Below are positions 18,369 through 26,446 of a stretch of 64,000 nucleotides of DNA, piece by piece; position 1 is the first letter of the stretch, and every line of letters begins with the position of its first letter. Source of the stretch: an uncultured Clostridia bacterium (lineage in GTDB: Bacteria > Bacillota > Clostridia > Christensenellales > CAG-917); contig CALWAF010000001.1 in assembly GCA_944372795.1 (NCBI GenBank), positions 64,390 through 128,389 on the forward strand. Direction: 5' to 3'. The notes under the pieces are model-generated. The model was not told the origin of the DNA. It saw only the letters and a program-made list of their open reading frames with translations, and searched no databases. The position numbers and the translations under genes were made by a program.

Positions 18369-18757
18369 ACCAACTCCATCAATCCGCCCACAACGTCAAC
18401 CAGCGCGGTGACGACGGATATGCTCATAAGGAAGATGACGATCTTCCCTCCCAACTGCAGCTTTTGTGCGACGGAGGCGCAGCCCGCGTCCGTGGCGACG
18501 GAGGCGCTGTATTCGGTGAGATAGCCTATGCCGATGATCTTGAGGACGGCGGAAAAGACGCGGTCGTCTATGCCGCTCTTTTGAACGAGTTCGTCAAAGG
18601 CGAGGATGGCGCTTTGCAGCGAGCTCAACAGTGTGATGACCATCACGATGCCCGTGCCTATCACCGCAAACGCCGCAAATTCGGGCTTCGCGGTGCGCAG
18701 TACGCTCACTGCCACGACACCGATGAGAGCTATACCGATAAGCTTGACCAACATCAT
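18365..18757 (-). CDS. spoIIIAD: stage III sporulation protein AD
   Basis: 130-aa four-TM protein with KIIGIGYLTEYSASVATDAG, typical of SpoIIIAD. Confidence 0.9.
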   Translation of the reverse strand: MMLVKLIGIALIGVVAVSVLRTAKPEFAAFAVIGTGIVMVITLLSSLQSAILAFDELVQKSGIDDRVFSAVLKIIGIGYLTEYSASVATDAGCASVAQKLQLGGKIVIFLMSISVVTALVDVVGGLMELV

Positions 18758-18951
18758 GTGAGCGAGAGGATGTTTTTCACGGTGTCGAAGAGCCCGCCCA
18801 CCATGTCCATCACCAGCACGATGACCACGATGAGCCCCGCGAGCGTGGCGAATGTCGCCATATCGTCGCGGTCGCTGCGCTTCAGGATGATGCAGACGAT
18901 GGCTGTGAGCAGCCCCACGCCCGCGATCTTGACAATGATATCGACCCCCAT
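18754..18951 (-). CDS. spoIIIAC: stage III sporulation protein AC
   Basis: Internal ATG 18951 with GAGGAGGTGAA upstream. The 65-aa two-TM protein begins MGVDIIVKIAGVGLLTAIV, the SpoIIIAC pattern. Confidence 0.85.
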   Translation of the reverse strand: MGVDIIVKIAGVGLLTAIVCIILKRSDRDDMATFATLAGLIVVIVLVMDMVGGLFDTVKNILSLT

Positions 18952-18962
18952 TTCACCTCCTC

Positions 18963-19475
18963 TTACGCCAGCATCACGATGAGCGCTATGCCGAGCAACA
19001 CGGCGAGCTTGAAGTACATGCCTCCGAGGCGTCTGCTCTCTTCGGCGCACTTTGCGCGTCTTGCGCCGAAGTCCTCCTTCCAACGCCCCGCGGCAGCCAG
19101 CTGATCGGAAAGCGGCGTGGTGCCGAGAGCGGAAAGGAATTCCCGCAACTTCTTCTTCTCATCGGGTTTCAGTTTCGCGCTTTCGGCGGCGGAGGCAGCG
19201 GCGCCCTCCTGCGTCCCGCCCAACGCGAGCGCGGCGGAAAAACGCTGCAACACTCCCGCGAACGCGCCCTTCCTGCCCTCCGCGAAACCCGCTATCGCCG
19301 CATTGAGCGGGGTCTTGCGGAAGCCGAGCTCGGAGGTCAGATAAGCGGCAAACGCCTCGGCGTCGGCAAAGAACTTCTCCCTCTCGATGTAGTGCCGCCT
19401 GATAAGCACCCCGCCGTAACAGCAGATAAGTGCGAGCAGCCCGCCCGCGACAAGCCGCAGTATGTCCGCCGTCAC
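18963..19475 (-). CDS. spoIIIAB: stage III sporulation protein AB
   Basis: GTG start 19475 overlaps the spoIIIAA stop (GTGA), with AAGGAGAGG upstream. The 170-aa product has N- and C-terminal TM helices, and its operon position fits. Confidence 0.75.
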   Translation of the reverse strand: MTADILRLVAGGLLALICCYGGVLIRRHYIEREKFFADAEAFAAYLTSELGFRKTPLNAAIAGFAEGRKGAFAGVLQRFSAALALGGTQEGAAASAAESAKLKPDEKKKLREFLSALGTTPLSDQLAAAGRWKEDFGARRAKCAEESRRLGGMYFKLAVLLGIALIVMLA

Positions 19476-20353
19476 GAGAGCCTCTCCTTTAGCTCCCCCG
19501 CCGTCAGCACCTCTTTCGGCGTGCCCGCGCGCGGGCGCGGCGTTAGCACGACACACGTCTCCGCCACGGCGGCAAGCGGCGCGAAAGCGGACGCACGAAA
19601 CACCGCCTCCGCGCTTTCGCCGTGTATGGAGGCAAACACTTTGACACCGCTCCTTGCGATGTCCGCCACCGCTTTCGCCTCTTCCGCGCCGAATATCTCG
19701 TCGGTGACGATAACCTCCGGGCTCATCGCGCGTATGGTGTTGGCATATGCCGTGAGTTTGTCCACGCCGCTCACCACATCGCAGTCGCCGACGTCGAGAG
19801 AGGGCACTCCCCTTTCCGCGGCAGCCAGCTCGAAGCGCTCGTCGATGATGAGAGTGTTCCGCTCCCGCGAGGACAGCCGCGCAAGTTCCCGCAACAGTGT
19901 GGTCTTGCCTCCGTAGGGCGGCGAAATTACGAACGTGTTGCCCACTCCCCCGCCGAATACGGCGTACGACACCTCGCGGGGGACCTCTTTCACCTCATGG
20001 GGTATGCGCACGGTGAGGAAGGCTATGTGTTTCATCGTGAGCACGTGCCCGCCTTCCACGACACCCTCTCCCGCCACGCCTATGCGTATGCCACTCTTCG
20101 CCATATATCCTTTCACCAGCTGATCGTTGACGGCGTAGAGGGAAAAGTCGGACGCCACGGCAAGCACTCGTTCGATGTCGTCGCGGCGCACGACGAAGGG
20201 CGCTCCCGACGGCAATTTCGCCGCCCTGCGCTCCCCCGCCGTCAGCACCACAAGAGGTCTCCCGACCCGCATACGCAACTCGGTGACCTCTTCCTCCGCG
20301 GCAACGGCAGCCACCGCCGCCGCTACGACACCCGTGACCAGTCCCTGAAACAT
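19472..20353 (-). CDS. spoIIIAA: stage III sporulation protein AA (AAA+ / secretion-type ATPase); start codon uncertain
   Basis: Walker A PPYGGKTTLLRE and the N-terminal block ELRMRVGRPLVV, equivalent to EEVRIRIGRPIEL of B. subtilis SpoIIIAA. ATG 20353 has no clear RBS. An alternative TTG/ATG about 75-80 nt downstream follows GGAGGAAGAGG. Confidence 0.8.
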   Translation of the reverse strand: MFQGLVTGVVAAAVAAVAAEEEVTELRMRVGRPLVVLTAGERRAAKLPSGAPFVVRRDDIERVLAVASDFSLYAVNDQLVKGYMAKSGIRIGVAGEGVVEGGHVLTMKHIAFLTVRIPHEVKEVPREVSYAVFGGGVGNTFVISPPYGGKTTLLRELARLSSRERNTLIIDERFELAAAERGVPSLDVGDCDVVSGVDKLTAYANTIRAMSPEVIVTDEIFGAEEAKAVADIARSGVKVFASIHGESAEAVFRASAFAPLAAVAETCVVLTPRPRAGTPKEVLTAGELKERLS

Positions 20354-20408
20354 ACTAAAAGATATGACCGCCGCTCCCCTGCAACACCCCCGCCGCATCA
20401 TTCGACAT

Positions 20409-20442
20409 AAAAAGAAAAAACGCCCCGCACACCGTGCGAGGG
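20409..20442 (-). terminator. intrinsic terminator ending the noncoding region upstream of spoIIIAA
   Basis: On the minus strand, CCCTCGCA-CGGTG-TGCGGGG (one bulged T) is followed by CGTTTTTTCTTTTT. It lies 56 nt upstream of the spoIIIAA ATG. Confidence 0.65.
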
Positions 20443-20610
20443 TGTTATCTAAATGCGCACGTCGTTCACGAGGTATCGAACAACACCCGCTCGGGAGGGT
20501 GCGGCGGGCTCGGGCTAATTTAACGGGTGTATGTCCCTTGACATGGAAGCATTGCTCCCCCTCCAACCCGGGGACCCCACAAAATTGCCTGCGGCGATTT
20601 TGCGGGGAGC

Positions 20611-20657
20611 CCCATTCGGGAATTCCTCCCCCACTCGGGAAGAGTGCAGTTCCCTAA
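20611..20657. repeat. direct repeat copy 1 (28-nt perfect core at 20623..20650)
   Basis: The core TTCCTCCCCCACTCGGGAAGAGTGCAGT is identical to 20764..20791. The flanks CC(C)ATTCGGG and CCCTAA are also similar. Confidence 0.9.
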
Positions 20658-20752
20658 CATTGGAGTATTGTTTACCCCCTTCCCGCGGGTTTCGTCGTAC
20701 TCAAACGTGAAATAGAGTACACGTCTCGCGGGGAAAGTTGTTCCCCCTCCTT

Positions 20753-20798
20753 CCCTTCGGGCTTTCCTCCCCCACTCGGGAAGAGTGCAGTCCTCCTA
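20753..20798. repeat. direct repeat copy 2 (28-nt perfect core at 20764..20791)
   Basis: See copy 1. The period is 141 bp and only two copies are present. Confidence 0.9.
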
Positions 20799-21088
20799 AA
20801 ATGCGGGATACACTTTTCGTCCTTCTTGATATAGTTTAAGTTTCGCATAGAGATGATCGAGCGGCGAACAGTACTCACTGAACATCGCTCGCGGGGAGAG
20901 GAAGGCGACTCGACGCGCACGGCGCCCGTGTCTATTTAATGTTTCGTCTAGCTTGCGAGGTCGCATTTCGCGCCGCGGCGTTCAAGCGGCGGCTGCGCCG
21001 CCTGTGAACGCTTGGGTGAGCGGCGCGTTGTTCCGTCCCCGAAAGAGAGACGTCGTGCTCGGGGACGCCTTATCAAACGTTTATTGCG

Positions 21089-21212
21089 CTGACGCTCTCA
21101 TTTGGATGCAGAACGCGAAAGCACCCCTTTTCAGGCGAGGCGCGTACTAAACCGTACGTAACGAGCCTGAAAAGGGGTGCTGACAAAGTTGTGCGCCAAA
21201 TGAGAGCGTCAG
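21089..21212. repeat. 124-nt two-tier inverted repeat abutting the hydA stop codon
   Basis: Outer arms CTGACGCTCTCATTTGG (21089..21105) and CCAAATGAGAGCGTCAG (21196..21212), 17 bp perfect. Inner arms GCACCCCTTTTCAGGC (21121..21136) and GCCTGAAAAGGGGTGC (21165..21180), 16 bp perfect. The internal loop is a symmetric 15 x 15 nt. Confidence 0.9.
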
Positions 21213-22948
21213 TAGTTGTTGCGGGGGGTGTAGCGCGTATGCAACAACTCATGCGCAAGGTGAGAATTGGGCTTGCCCAAGAACTCATCGTAGAGCTGCT
21301 TGACGACGGGATTCTCGTGGGATTTGCGCAGCTTCATCTTCTTGTCGGTGTCGTAGATCGCCTTGGCGCGGAGCGCGGGGACGTCGACGGTGTTGCGGAC
21401 GAAAGCGCTCTTGATGGGCTGACCGCCGCCGTTGACGCAGCCGCCCGGGCAGGACATGATCTCGATGAAGTGATAGTCGGCTTTGCCTGCGCGCACGAGC
21501 TCCATGAGCTTGCGGGCGTTGGCGAGGCCGCTTGCGACGGCGACTTTGACGGTGGTGCCGTCGATGTCGTAAGTGGCTTTCTTGATGCCCTTGGTGCCTC
21601 TCACCTGCTTGAAATCGACGGAAGGCGCCTCTTTGCCTGCGACGATCTCGTAGACCGTGCGCAGCGCGGCTTCCATGACGCCGCCCGTGGCGCCGAAGAT
21701 GAGACCCGCTCCCGTATAGATGCCGAGGGGTTCATCGAATTTCTCGTCGGGGAGCTCGGTGAACATGATGCCGCAGCGCTTGATGAGCTTGGCGAGCTCG
21801 CGGGTGGTGATGGCAATGTCGATGTCGGGCACGCCTGCGGCGTTCTCGTTGGGTCTGCCCTTCTCGAACTTCTTCGCCGTGCAGGGCATGACGGAGACGA
21901 CGACGATGTCCTCCGCATCCCAACCCATCTTTTCGGCGTAATAGGTCTTGACGATGGCGCCGAACATCTGCTGGGGGGACTTGCAGGTGGAAAGATTGCC
22001 CAAAAGATCGGGGAAGTTGTGCTCGCAGAACTTGATCCACGCGGGAGAACAGCTGGTGATCATGGGCAGTCTGCCGCCGTTACGCAGCCTGTCGAGGAAC
22101 TCTGTGCCCTCCTCCATGATGGTGAGGTCCGCACTGAAGTTGACGTCAAAGACGTTGGCAAAGCCCATCCTGCGCAGCGCGGCGACCATCTTGCCCTCGA
22201 CGTTGGTGCCGATGGGATAGCCGAACTCTTCGCCGAGCCCCACTCTGACGGAGGGTGCGACGCCCACGACAACGTGTTTGGTGGGGTCTGCAAGCGCGGC
22301 GAGGACGTCGTCGATCTCCTCACGCTCGGTGAGGGCTCCGACGGGACAGACGGAGATGCACTGTCCGCAACCCACGCAAGGCACTTCGGAAAGAGGCTTC
22401 TCGAAAGCGCAGCCGATGTGCGTATCAAAACCTCTCGCATTCGCGCCGATGACGGCGACGGACTGATATTTGGCGCACGCCGCGACGCATCTGCGGCAGA
22501 GCACGCACTTGTTGTTGTCGCGCACGATGTAGGGCGTGGACGAGTCGATGACGTACTTGTTGGTGACACCCTTATACTTGTGTCCGTCGCAGCCGAGCTC
22601 GAGGGAGAGCTTCTGCAGCTCGCAGTTGTTGTTGCGCGAGCAGCTCAAGCAATCCTGATTGTGGTCGGAAAGGATGAGCTCGACAGTGGTCTTTCTGCTC
22701 TCCATGACCTTGGGGGTGTTGGTGAACACCTCCATACCCTCGCTGACGGGATAGACGCAGGACGCGACGAGGCTCCTTGCACCCTTGACTTCGCACACGC
22801 ACACGCGGCAGGCGCCGATGGCGTTGATGTCCTTGAGATAGCAAAGCGTGGGGATGCGGATGCCCGCCTCTCTTGCCGCCTCGAGGATGGTGGTGCCCGC
22901 CTCGACGCTGACGGGGATATTGTTTATTTTCAGATTAACTTTTGCCAT
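21209..22948 (-). CDS. hydA: [FeFe]-hydrogenase catalytic subunit (HydA / HndD-like, multi-FeS N-terminus)
   Basis: 579 aa with an N-terminal 2Fe-2S ferredoxin fold (CYLKDINAIGACRVCVCEV) and two 4Fe-4S motifs. H-cluster motifs are TSCSPAW, MPCTAKKFE and EIMSCPGGCVNGGGQP. Confidence 0.95.
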   Translation of the reverse strand: MAKVNLKINNIPVSVEAGTTILEAAREAGIRIPTLCYLKDINAIGACRVCVCEVKGARSLVASCVYPVSEGMEVFTNTPKVMESRKTTVELILSDHNQDCLSCSRNNNCELQKLSLELGCDGHKYKGVTNKYVIDSSTPYIVRDNNKCVLCRRCVAACAKYQSVAVIGANARGFDTHIGCAFEKPLSEVPCVGCGQCISVCPVGALTEREEIDDVLAALADPTKHVVVGVAPSVRVGLGEEFGYPIGTNVEGKMVAALRRMGFANVFDVNFSADLTIMEEGTEFLDRLRNGGRLPMITSCSPAWIKFCEHNFPDLLGNLSTCKSPQQMFGAIVKTYYAEKMGWDAEDIVVVSVMPCTAKKFEKGRPNENAAGVPDIDIAITTRELAKLIKRCGIMFTELPDEKFDEPLGIYTGAGLIFGATGGVMEAALRTVYEIVAGKEAPSVDFKQVRGTKGIKKATYDIDGTTVKVAVASGLANARKLMELVRAGKADYHFIEIMSCPGGCVNGGGQPIKSAFVRNTVDVPALRAKAIYDTDKKMKLRKSHENPVVKQLYDEFLGKPNSHLAHELLHTRYTPRNNY

Positions 22949-22960
22949 ATCCTCTCTCCT

Positions 22961-24745
22961 TTACTCCTTGACGATGGCGCCGAAGCGGCAGGTCTCCATG
23001 CACACTCCGCACTTGATGCACTTGGACGGATCGATGACGAACTTGGACTTGATCTCGCCCGAGATCGCACCGACGGGACACTTCCTCGCACACGCCGAGC
23101 AGCCCTTGCAGTCATCGGTGATGGTGTAGCGGGCGAGCCCTTTGCAGACGTGGCAGGGGCACTTCTTGTCCACTACGTGCGCGATGTACTCGTCACGGAA
23201 GTAGCGCAGGGTGGAAAGCACGGGATTGGGCGCGGTCTGTCCCAGTCCGCACAGGGAGTTGGCTTTGATGTAGTAGCACAGCTGCTCCATATCGTCGAGG
23301 TCCTGCAATGTCGCCTGACCCGTCGTGATCTTATCCAGATATTCCAGCAGTCTGCGGTTGCCGATGCGGCAGGGCGTGCATTTGCCGCAGCTCTCGTCCA
23401 CGGTGAATTCGAGGAAGAACTTGGCGATGTCCACCATGCAGTTGTCCTCGTCCATGACGATCATGCCGCCCGAGCCCATCATGGAACCTATGGAAATGAG
23501 GTTGTCGTAGTCGATGGGGATGTCGAAGTGCTCCGCGGGGATGCATCCGCCGGAAGGACCGCCCGTCTGCGCCGCCTTGAAGTGCTTGCCGTTGGGGATG
23601 CCGCCGCCGATGTCCTCGATGACCTCGCGCAGAGTGGTGCCCATGGGGATCTCCACAAGACCCGTGTTGGTGATCTTGCCGCCGAGGGCGAACACCTTGG
23701 TGCCCTTGGACTTCTCGGTGCCCATGGAAGAGAACCATTCCGCACCCTTCAGGATGATCTGGCACACGTTGGCGTAGGTCTCGACGTTGTTGAGGATGGT
23801 GGGCTTGCCAAAGAGTCCCTTCACCGCAGGGAAGGGAGGACGGGGACGGGGCTCGCCGCGGTTGCCCTCGATGGAGGTCATGAGCGCGGTCTCCTCGCCG
23901 CACACGAACGCGCCCGCGCCGAGACGGATGTCAAGGTCGAAGTCGAAGCCCGTGTCGAGGATGTTCTTGCCGAGCAGCCCGTATTCCTTCGCCTGTTTGA
24001 GTGCTATGCGCAGCCTCTGCACCGCGATGGGATACTCTGCCCTGACGTAGATGTAGCCCTGATGCGCGCCGATCGCATATCCCGCGATCGCCATGGCTTC
24101 CAGCACCGCGTGTGGGTCGCCTTCGAGGATGGAACGATCCATGAACGCGCCGGGGTCGCCCTCGTCGGCGTTGCAGCACACATACTTGACGGGGCCGGGG
24201 CTCGCCGCCGCGAACTGCCATTTGAGTCCGGTGGGGAAACCGCCGCCGCCTCTGCCGCGCAGCCCGGACGCCTTGATGATGTCGATGACTTCCTGCGGCT
24301 TGAGCTCGGTGAGGCACTTGATGAGCGCCTGATAGCCGTCGTACGCTATGTATTCGTCGATCTCTTCGGGGTTGATGACACCGCAGTTGCGCAGGGCGAC
24401 GCGGGTCTGTTTCTTATAGAAATTGGTGTCGGAGAGCGCCTTGACGGTGTGGGCGTCCGTCTTCTCTTTGTAGAGCAGACGCTGGACAAGCCTGCCTTTC
24501 ACGAGGTGCTCGTCAACGATCTCGGCAACGTCTTCCACCTTCATGCCGCTGTAAAACGCGCCTTCGGGATAGACGATGACGATGGGACCCACCGCGCACA
24601 GACCGAAACAGCCCGTGCCGACGACGGAAACGTCGTTCTCGAGCCCGCGTTCCTTGACGAGGGTCTCGAACTCCTTCTTGATGGCGGCGCTGTTGTTGGA
24701 ATGGCATCCCGTGCCGCCGCAGACCAAAACGTGACTTCTGACCAT
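22961..24745 (-). CDS. hydB: NuoF-like flavoprotein subunit of bifurcating-type hydrogenase (HydB / HndC-like)
   Basis: 594 aa. N-terminal thioredoxin-like 2Fe-2S region, then the NuoF core (GLRGRGGGGFPTGLKW, CNADEGDPGAF, ESCGKCTPCR), then C-terminal 2x[4Fe-4S] ferredoxin motifs. Confidence 0.95.
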   Translation of the reverse strand: MVRSHVLVCGGTGCHSNNSAAIKKEFETLVKERGLENDVSVVGTGCFGLCAVGPIVIVYPEGAFYSGMKVEDVAEIVDEHLVKGRLVQRLLYKEKTDAHTVKALSDTNFYKKQTRVALRNCGVINPEEIDEYIAYDGYQALIKCLTELKPQEVIDIIKASGLRGRGGGGFPTGLKWQFAAASPGPVKYVCCNADEGDPGAFMDRSILEGDPHAVLEAMAIAGYAIGAHQGYIYVRAEYPIAVQRLRIALKQAKEYGLLGKNILDTGFDFDLDIRLGAGAFVCGEETALMTSIEGNRGEPRPRPPFPAVKGLFGKPTILNNVETYANVCQIILKGAEWFSSMGTEKSKGTKVFALGGKITNTGLVEIPMGTTLREVIEDIGGGIPNGKHFKAAQTGGPSGGCIPAEHFDIPIDYDNLISIGSMMGSGGMIVMDEDNCMVDIAKFFLEFTVDESCGKCTPCRIGNRRLLEYLDKITTGQATLQDLDDMEQLCYYIKANSLCGLGQTAPNPVLSTLRYFRDEYIAHVVDKKCPCHVCKGLARYTITDDCKGCSACARKCPVGAISGEIKSKFVIDPSKCIKCGVCMETCRFGAIVKE

Positions 24746-24754
24746 ATTATCTCC

Positions 24755-25129
24755 TTACTTGTTGTCTCCGATCAGATATTCCGTGCAGACGTTGCCGTTG
24801 ACGATGTGATTGGCAACGATCTTACGCGCCTTGTCGGGGTCGACGTGGATGTAGGTAACGGGCTCTTCGCCGGGGACGTGCACTTCCACGATGGGTTCCA
24901 GCGCGCACATGCCCATGCACCCGGTGCGCGTGACCTTGACGTTCTTGAGCTGCCTCGCCGCGACCTCGTCCACAAAGGTGTTGAAGACGGGTCTCGCGCC
25001 CGCGGAAATGCCGCAGGTCGCCATACCGACGACGATACGGGTCTCGCTTGCTGCGTCCTGATTGTCGCGCAGGTTGATCTGACCCTGCATCTTCTCACGG
25101 ATAGCCTTGATGTCGGCTATACTTTTCAT
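24755..25129 (-). CDS. thioredoxin-like [2Fe-2S] ferredoxin (HndB-like)
   Basis: 124 aa with the Cys pattern GMATCGISAG ... RTGCMGMCALEP, typical of the small 2Fe-2S protein in hnd/hyd clusters. Confidence 0.8.
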   Translation of the reverse strand: MKSIADIKAIREKMQGQINLRDNQDAASETRIVVGMATCGISAGARPVFNTFVDEVAARQLKNVKVTRTGCMGMCALEPIVEVHVPGEEPVTYIHVDPDKARKIVANHIVNGNVCTEYLIGDNK

Positions 25130-25671
25130 AGTGTCTCTCCTCCGATGTCGATCATGTTTTCTTTTATCATATCTCTGACGAACACGAGCACTTCAGGCTC
25201 CGAGACGGGCACTCCGCCCAGCTCCGCCTTCAGCTCGCGCGTGTCAAATACGAATCCTTTCCCCTCCACACTCACCTCGAAGCGGAACTCCGAGGGGCAC
25301 TCTCCGCCTATGAGCGTGACCACGGTGTCGGCAAGGTCTCCTAGGGGGGCGCGGTCTATGTGGGAGAGCACGAATGTCGCCCTCACCGTCGTCCCGACGC
25401 CCTTTGCGGACGTCACCGAGAAACTGCCGCCCGCCATCTCCGCCGCCATCTTGAAGAGGGGGATGCCCATGCCCACCTTGCGCGTCGTCCGCGTCGTGGT
25501 GAAGGGGTCGGTCACTCTCTTCAAAAATTCCGCATCCATCCCGCAGCCGTCATCGGCTATCTCGATGGTGAGAAGGTCGTCCGCAGCCGCCACCGACACG
25601 CGCACGAGGGATGCGCCCGCCTTGACGGAATTCTCGCATATGTCGAGTATGTTGAGAGCAAGCTCCCTCAC
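25126..25671 (-). CDS. histidine-kinase-like ATPase (HATPase_c) domain protein
   Basis: 181 aa with an N box (LNILDICENSVKAG) and G boxes (DDGCGMD, GMGIPL). 4-nt overlaps on both sides. Confidence 0.75.
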   Translation of the reverse strand: MRELALNILDICENSVKAGASLVRVSVAAADDLLTIEIADDGCGMDAEFLKRVTDPFTTTRTTRKVGMGIPLFKMAAEMAGGSFSVTSAKGVGTTVRATFVLSHIDRAPLGDLADTVVTLIGGECPSEFRFEVSVEGKGFVFDTRELKAELGGVPVSEPEVLVFVRDMIKENMIDIGGETL

Positions 25672-26369
25672 GCGTCACTTCCTCCCCTGCGCAGTCTGTC
25701 TATGAGGGCGTCTACGCTGCCCTCCGGAAGGTCTATCTCTCCCCTGTCGGACATATGCTCGAGGGTGTGCGCATCGCTGTCCACGATGACGAGCCTCTCC
25801 CCCGACCACTTCTTCAACTCCTCCTCGGAAACCCTCGATGAGAGCTCCACCGTGGGATATTCCGCGGGCACTGCGCCCAGCACGTTGAGCATACTGTTCG
25901 CGTCGCGGTCGATGTGAGCGGGCACCGCCACTCCCCCGAGGGAGAACGCCAGCTCTCTCACGTCGTCGCAGGAGATCGCGGCAGAGTCAAGGAGCATCCT
26001 CTCCTCCCGCCCGATGACGTTGTCGTCCTCGTCGAAATAGAGCTGCTCACCGAATATATCCGCCCTGTTCTTCCTCTCCGACACGGGGATGCGCGAGAAG
26101 AAATCCTCGAGTTCCCCGTAAGTGCGGAACATGCACAGCAGGTGTATGTCCTCGCTCGTCTGCACCTCGACGGCGGGCACCACTCTCACGCCGAACTCCT
26201 CTCCCGCACGGAGTGCGAGGGGGACGTGTCCTATGGCGTTGTGGTCCGCGATCGCCACGAAATCCAACCCCGACAAAGCCGCCTGACCAACGATCGTGAC
26301 CGGCGTCATCTCCTCTTCCGCACAGGGAGAGAGGGCGGAATGTATGTGCAGATCATAGCGATACTTCAT
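25668..26369 (-). CDS. PHP-domain phosphoesterase
   Basis: 233 aa. N-terminal DLHIHSALSPC and later IADHN and AHID metal-binding His motifs of the PHP family. Confidence 0.8.
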   Translation of the reverse strand: MKYRYDLHIHSALSPCAEEEMTPVTIVGQAALSGLDFVAIADHNAIGHVPLALRAGEEFGVRVVPAVEVQTSEDIHLLCMFRTYGELEDFFSRIPVSERKNRADIFGEQLYFDEDDNVIGREERMLLDSAAISCDDVRELAFSLGGVAVPAHIDRDANSMLNVLGAVPAEYPTVELSSRVSEEELKKWSGERLVIVDSDAHTLEHMSDRGEIDLPEGSVDALIDRLRRGGSDA

Positions 26370-26446
26370 AGCGTTCCCGCACGAAAAAGATTTTTATGCA
26401 TCTTTTTCTGCGGCTTTAACCTCCGTTTCGCGCCGCAACGAACGCG

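Larger units (their letters stand above)
20409..20950 (-). ncRNA. candidate structured noncoding RNA or long cis-leader (family unassigned)
   Basis: About 540 nt with no credible ORF. It is G-tract and purine rich on the minus strand, carries a duplicated module and several hairpins, and ends in the terminator at 20409..20442. The 5' end is not defined. Confidence 0.3.

Noticed and set aside
20611-20798. CRISPR array
   Set aside because: There are only two repeat copies, 141 bp apart, with an irregular and G-rich repeat and no cas genes in the window.
20409-20950. RNase P RNA or tmRNA
   Set aside because: GGAGGAAAGCCCG resembles the P4 GAGGAAAGUCCGGGC strand, and GCGAAACUUAAACUAUAUC vaguely resembles the tmRNA pre-tag region. 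The other universal blocks are absent, namely AGGGUGAAA..GGUGCGGUAAGAGC and ACAGAACCCGGCUUA for RNase P. For tmRNA, the tRNA-like 5' GGGG..UUCGAC and 3' GGUUCGA..UCCACCA ends are absent.
21191-25705. 1504-aa plus-strand ORF spanning the hydrogenase genes
   Set aside because: It is antisense to four well-supported minus-strand genes (hydA, hydB, the ferredoxin and the HATPase protein). The product is Gly/Ala/Asp/Val/Arg-rich low complexity with no motifs or RBS. This is a typical shadow frame in high-G+C DNA.
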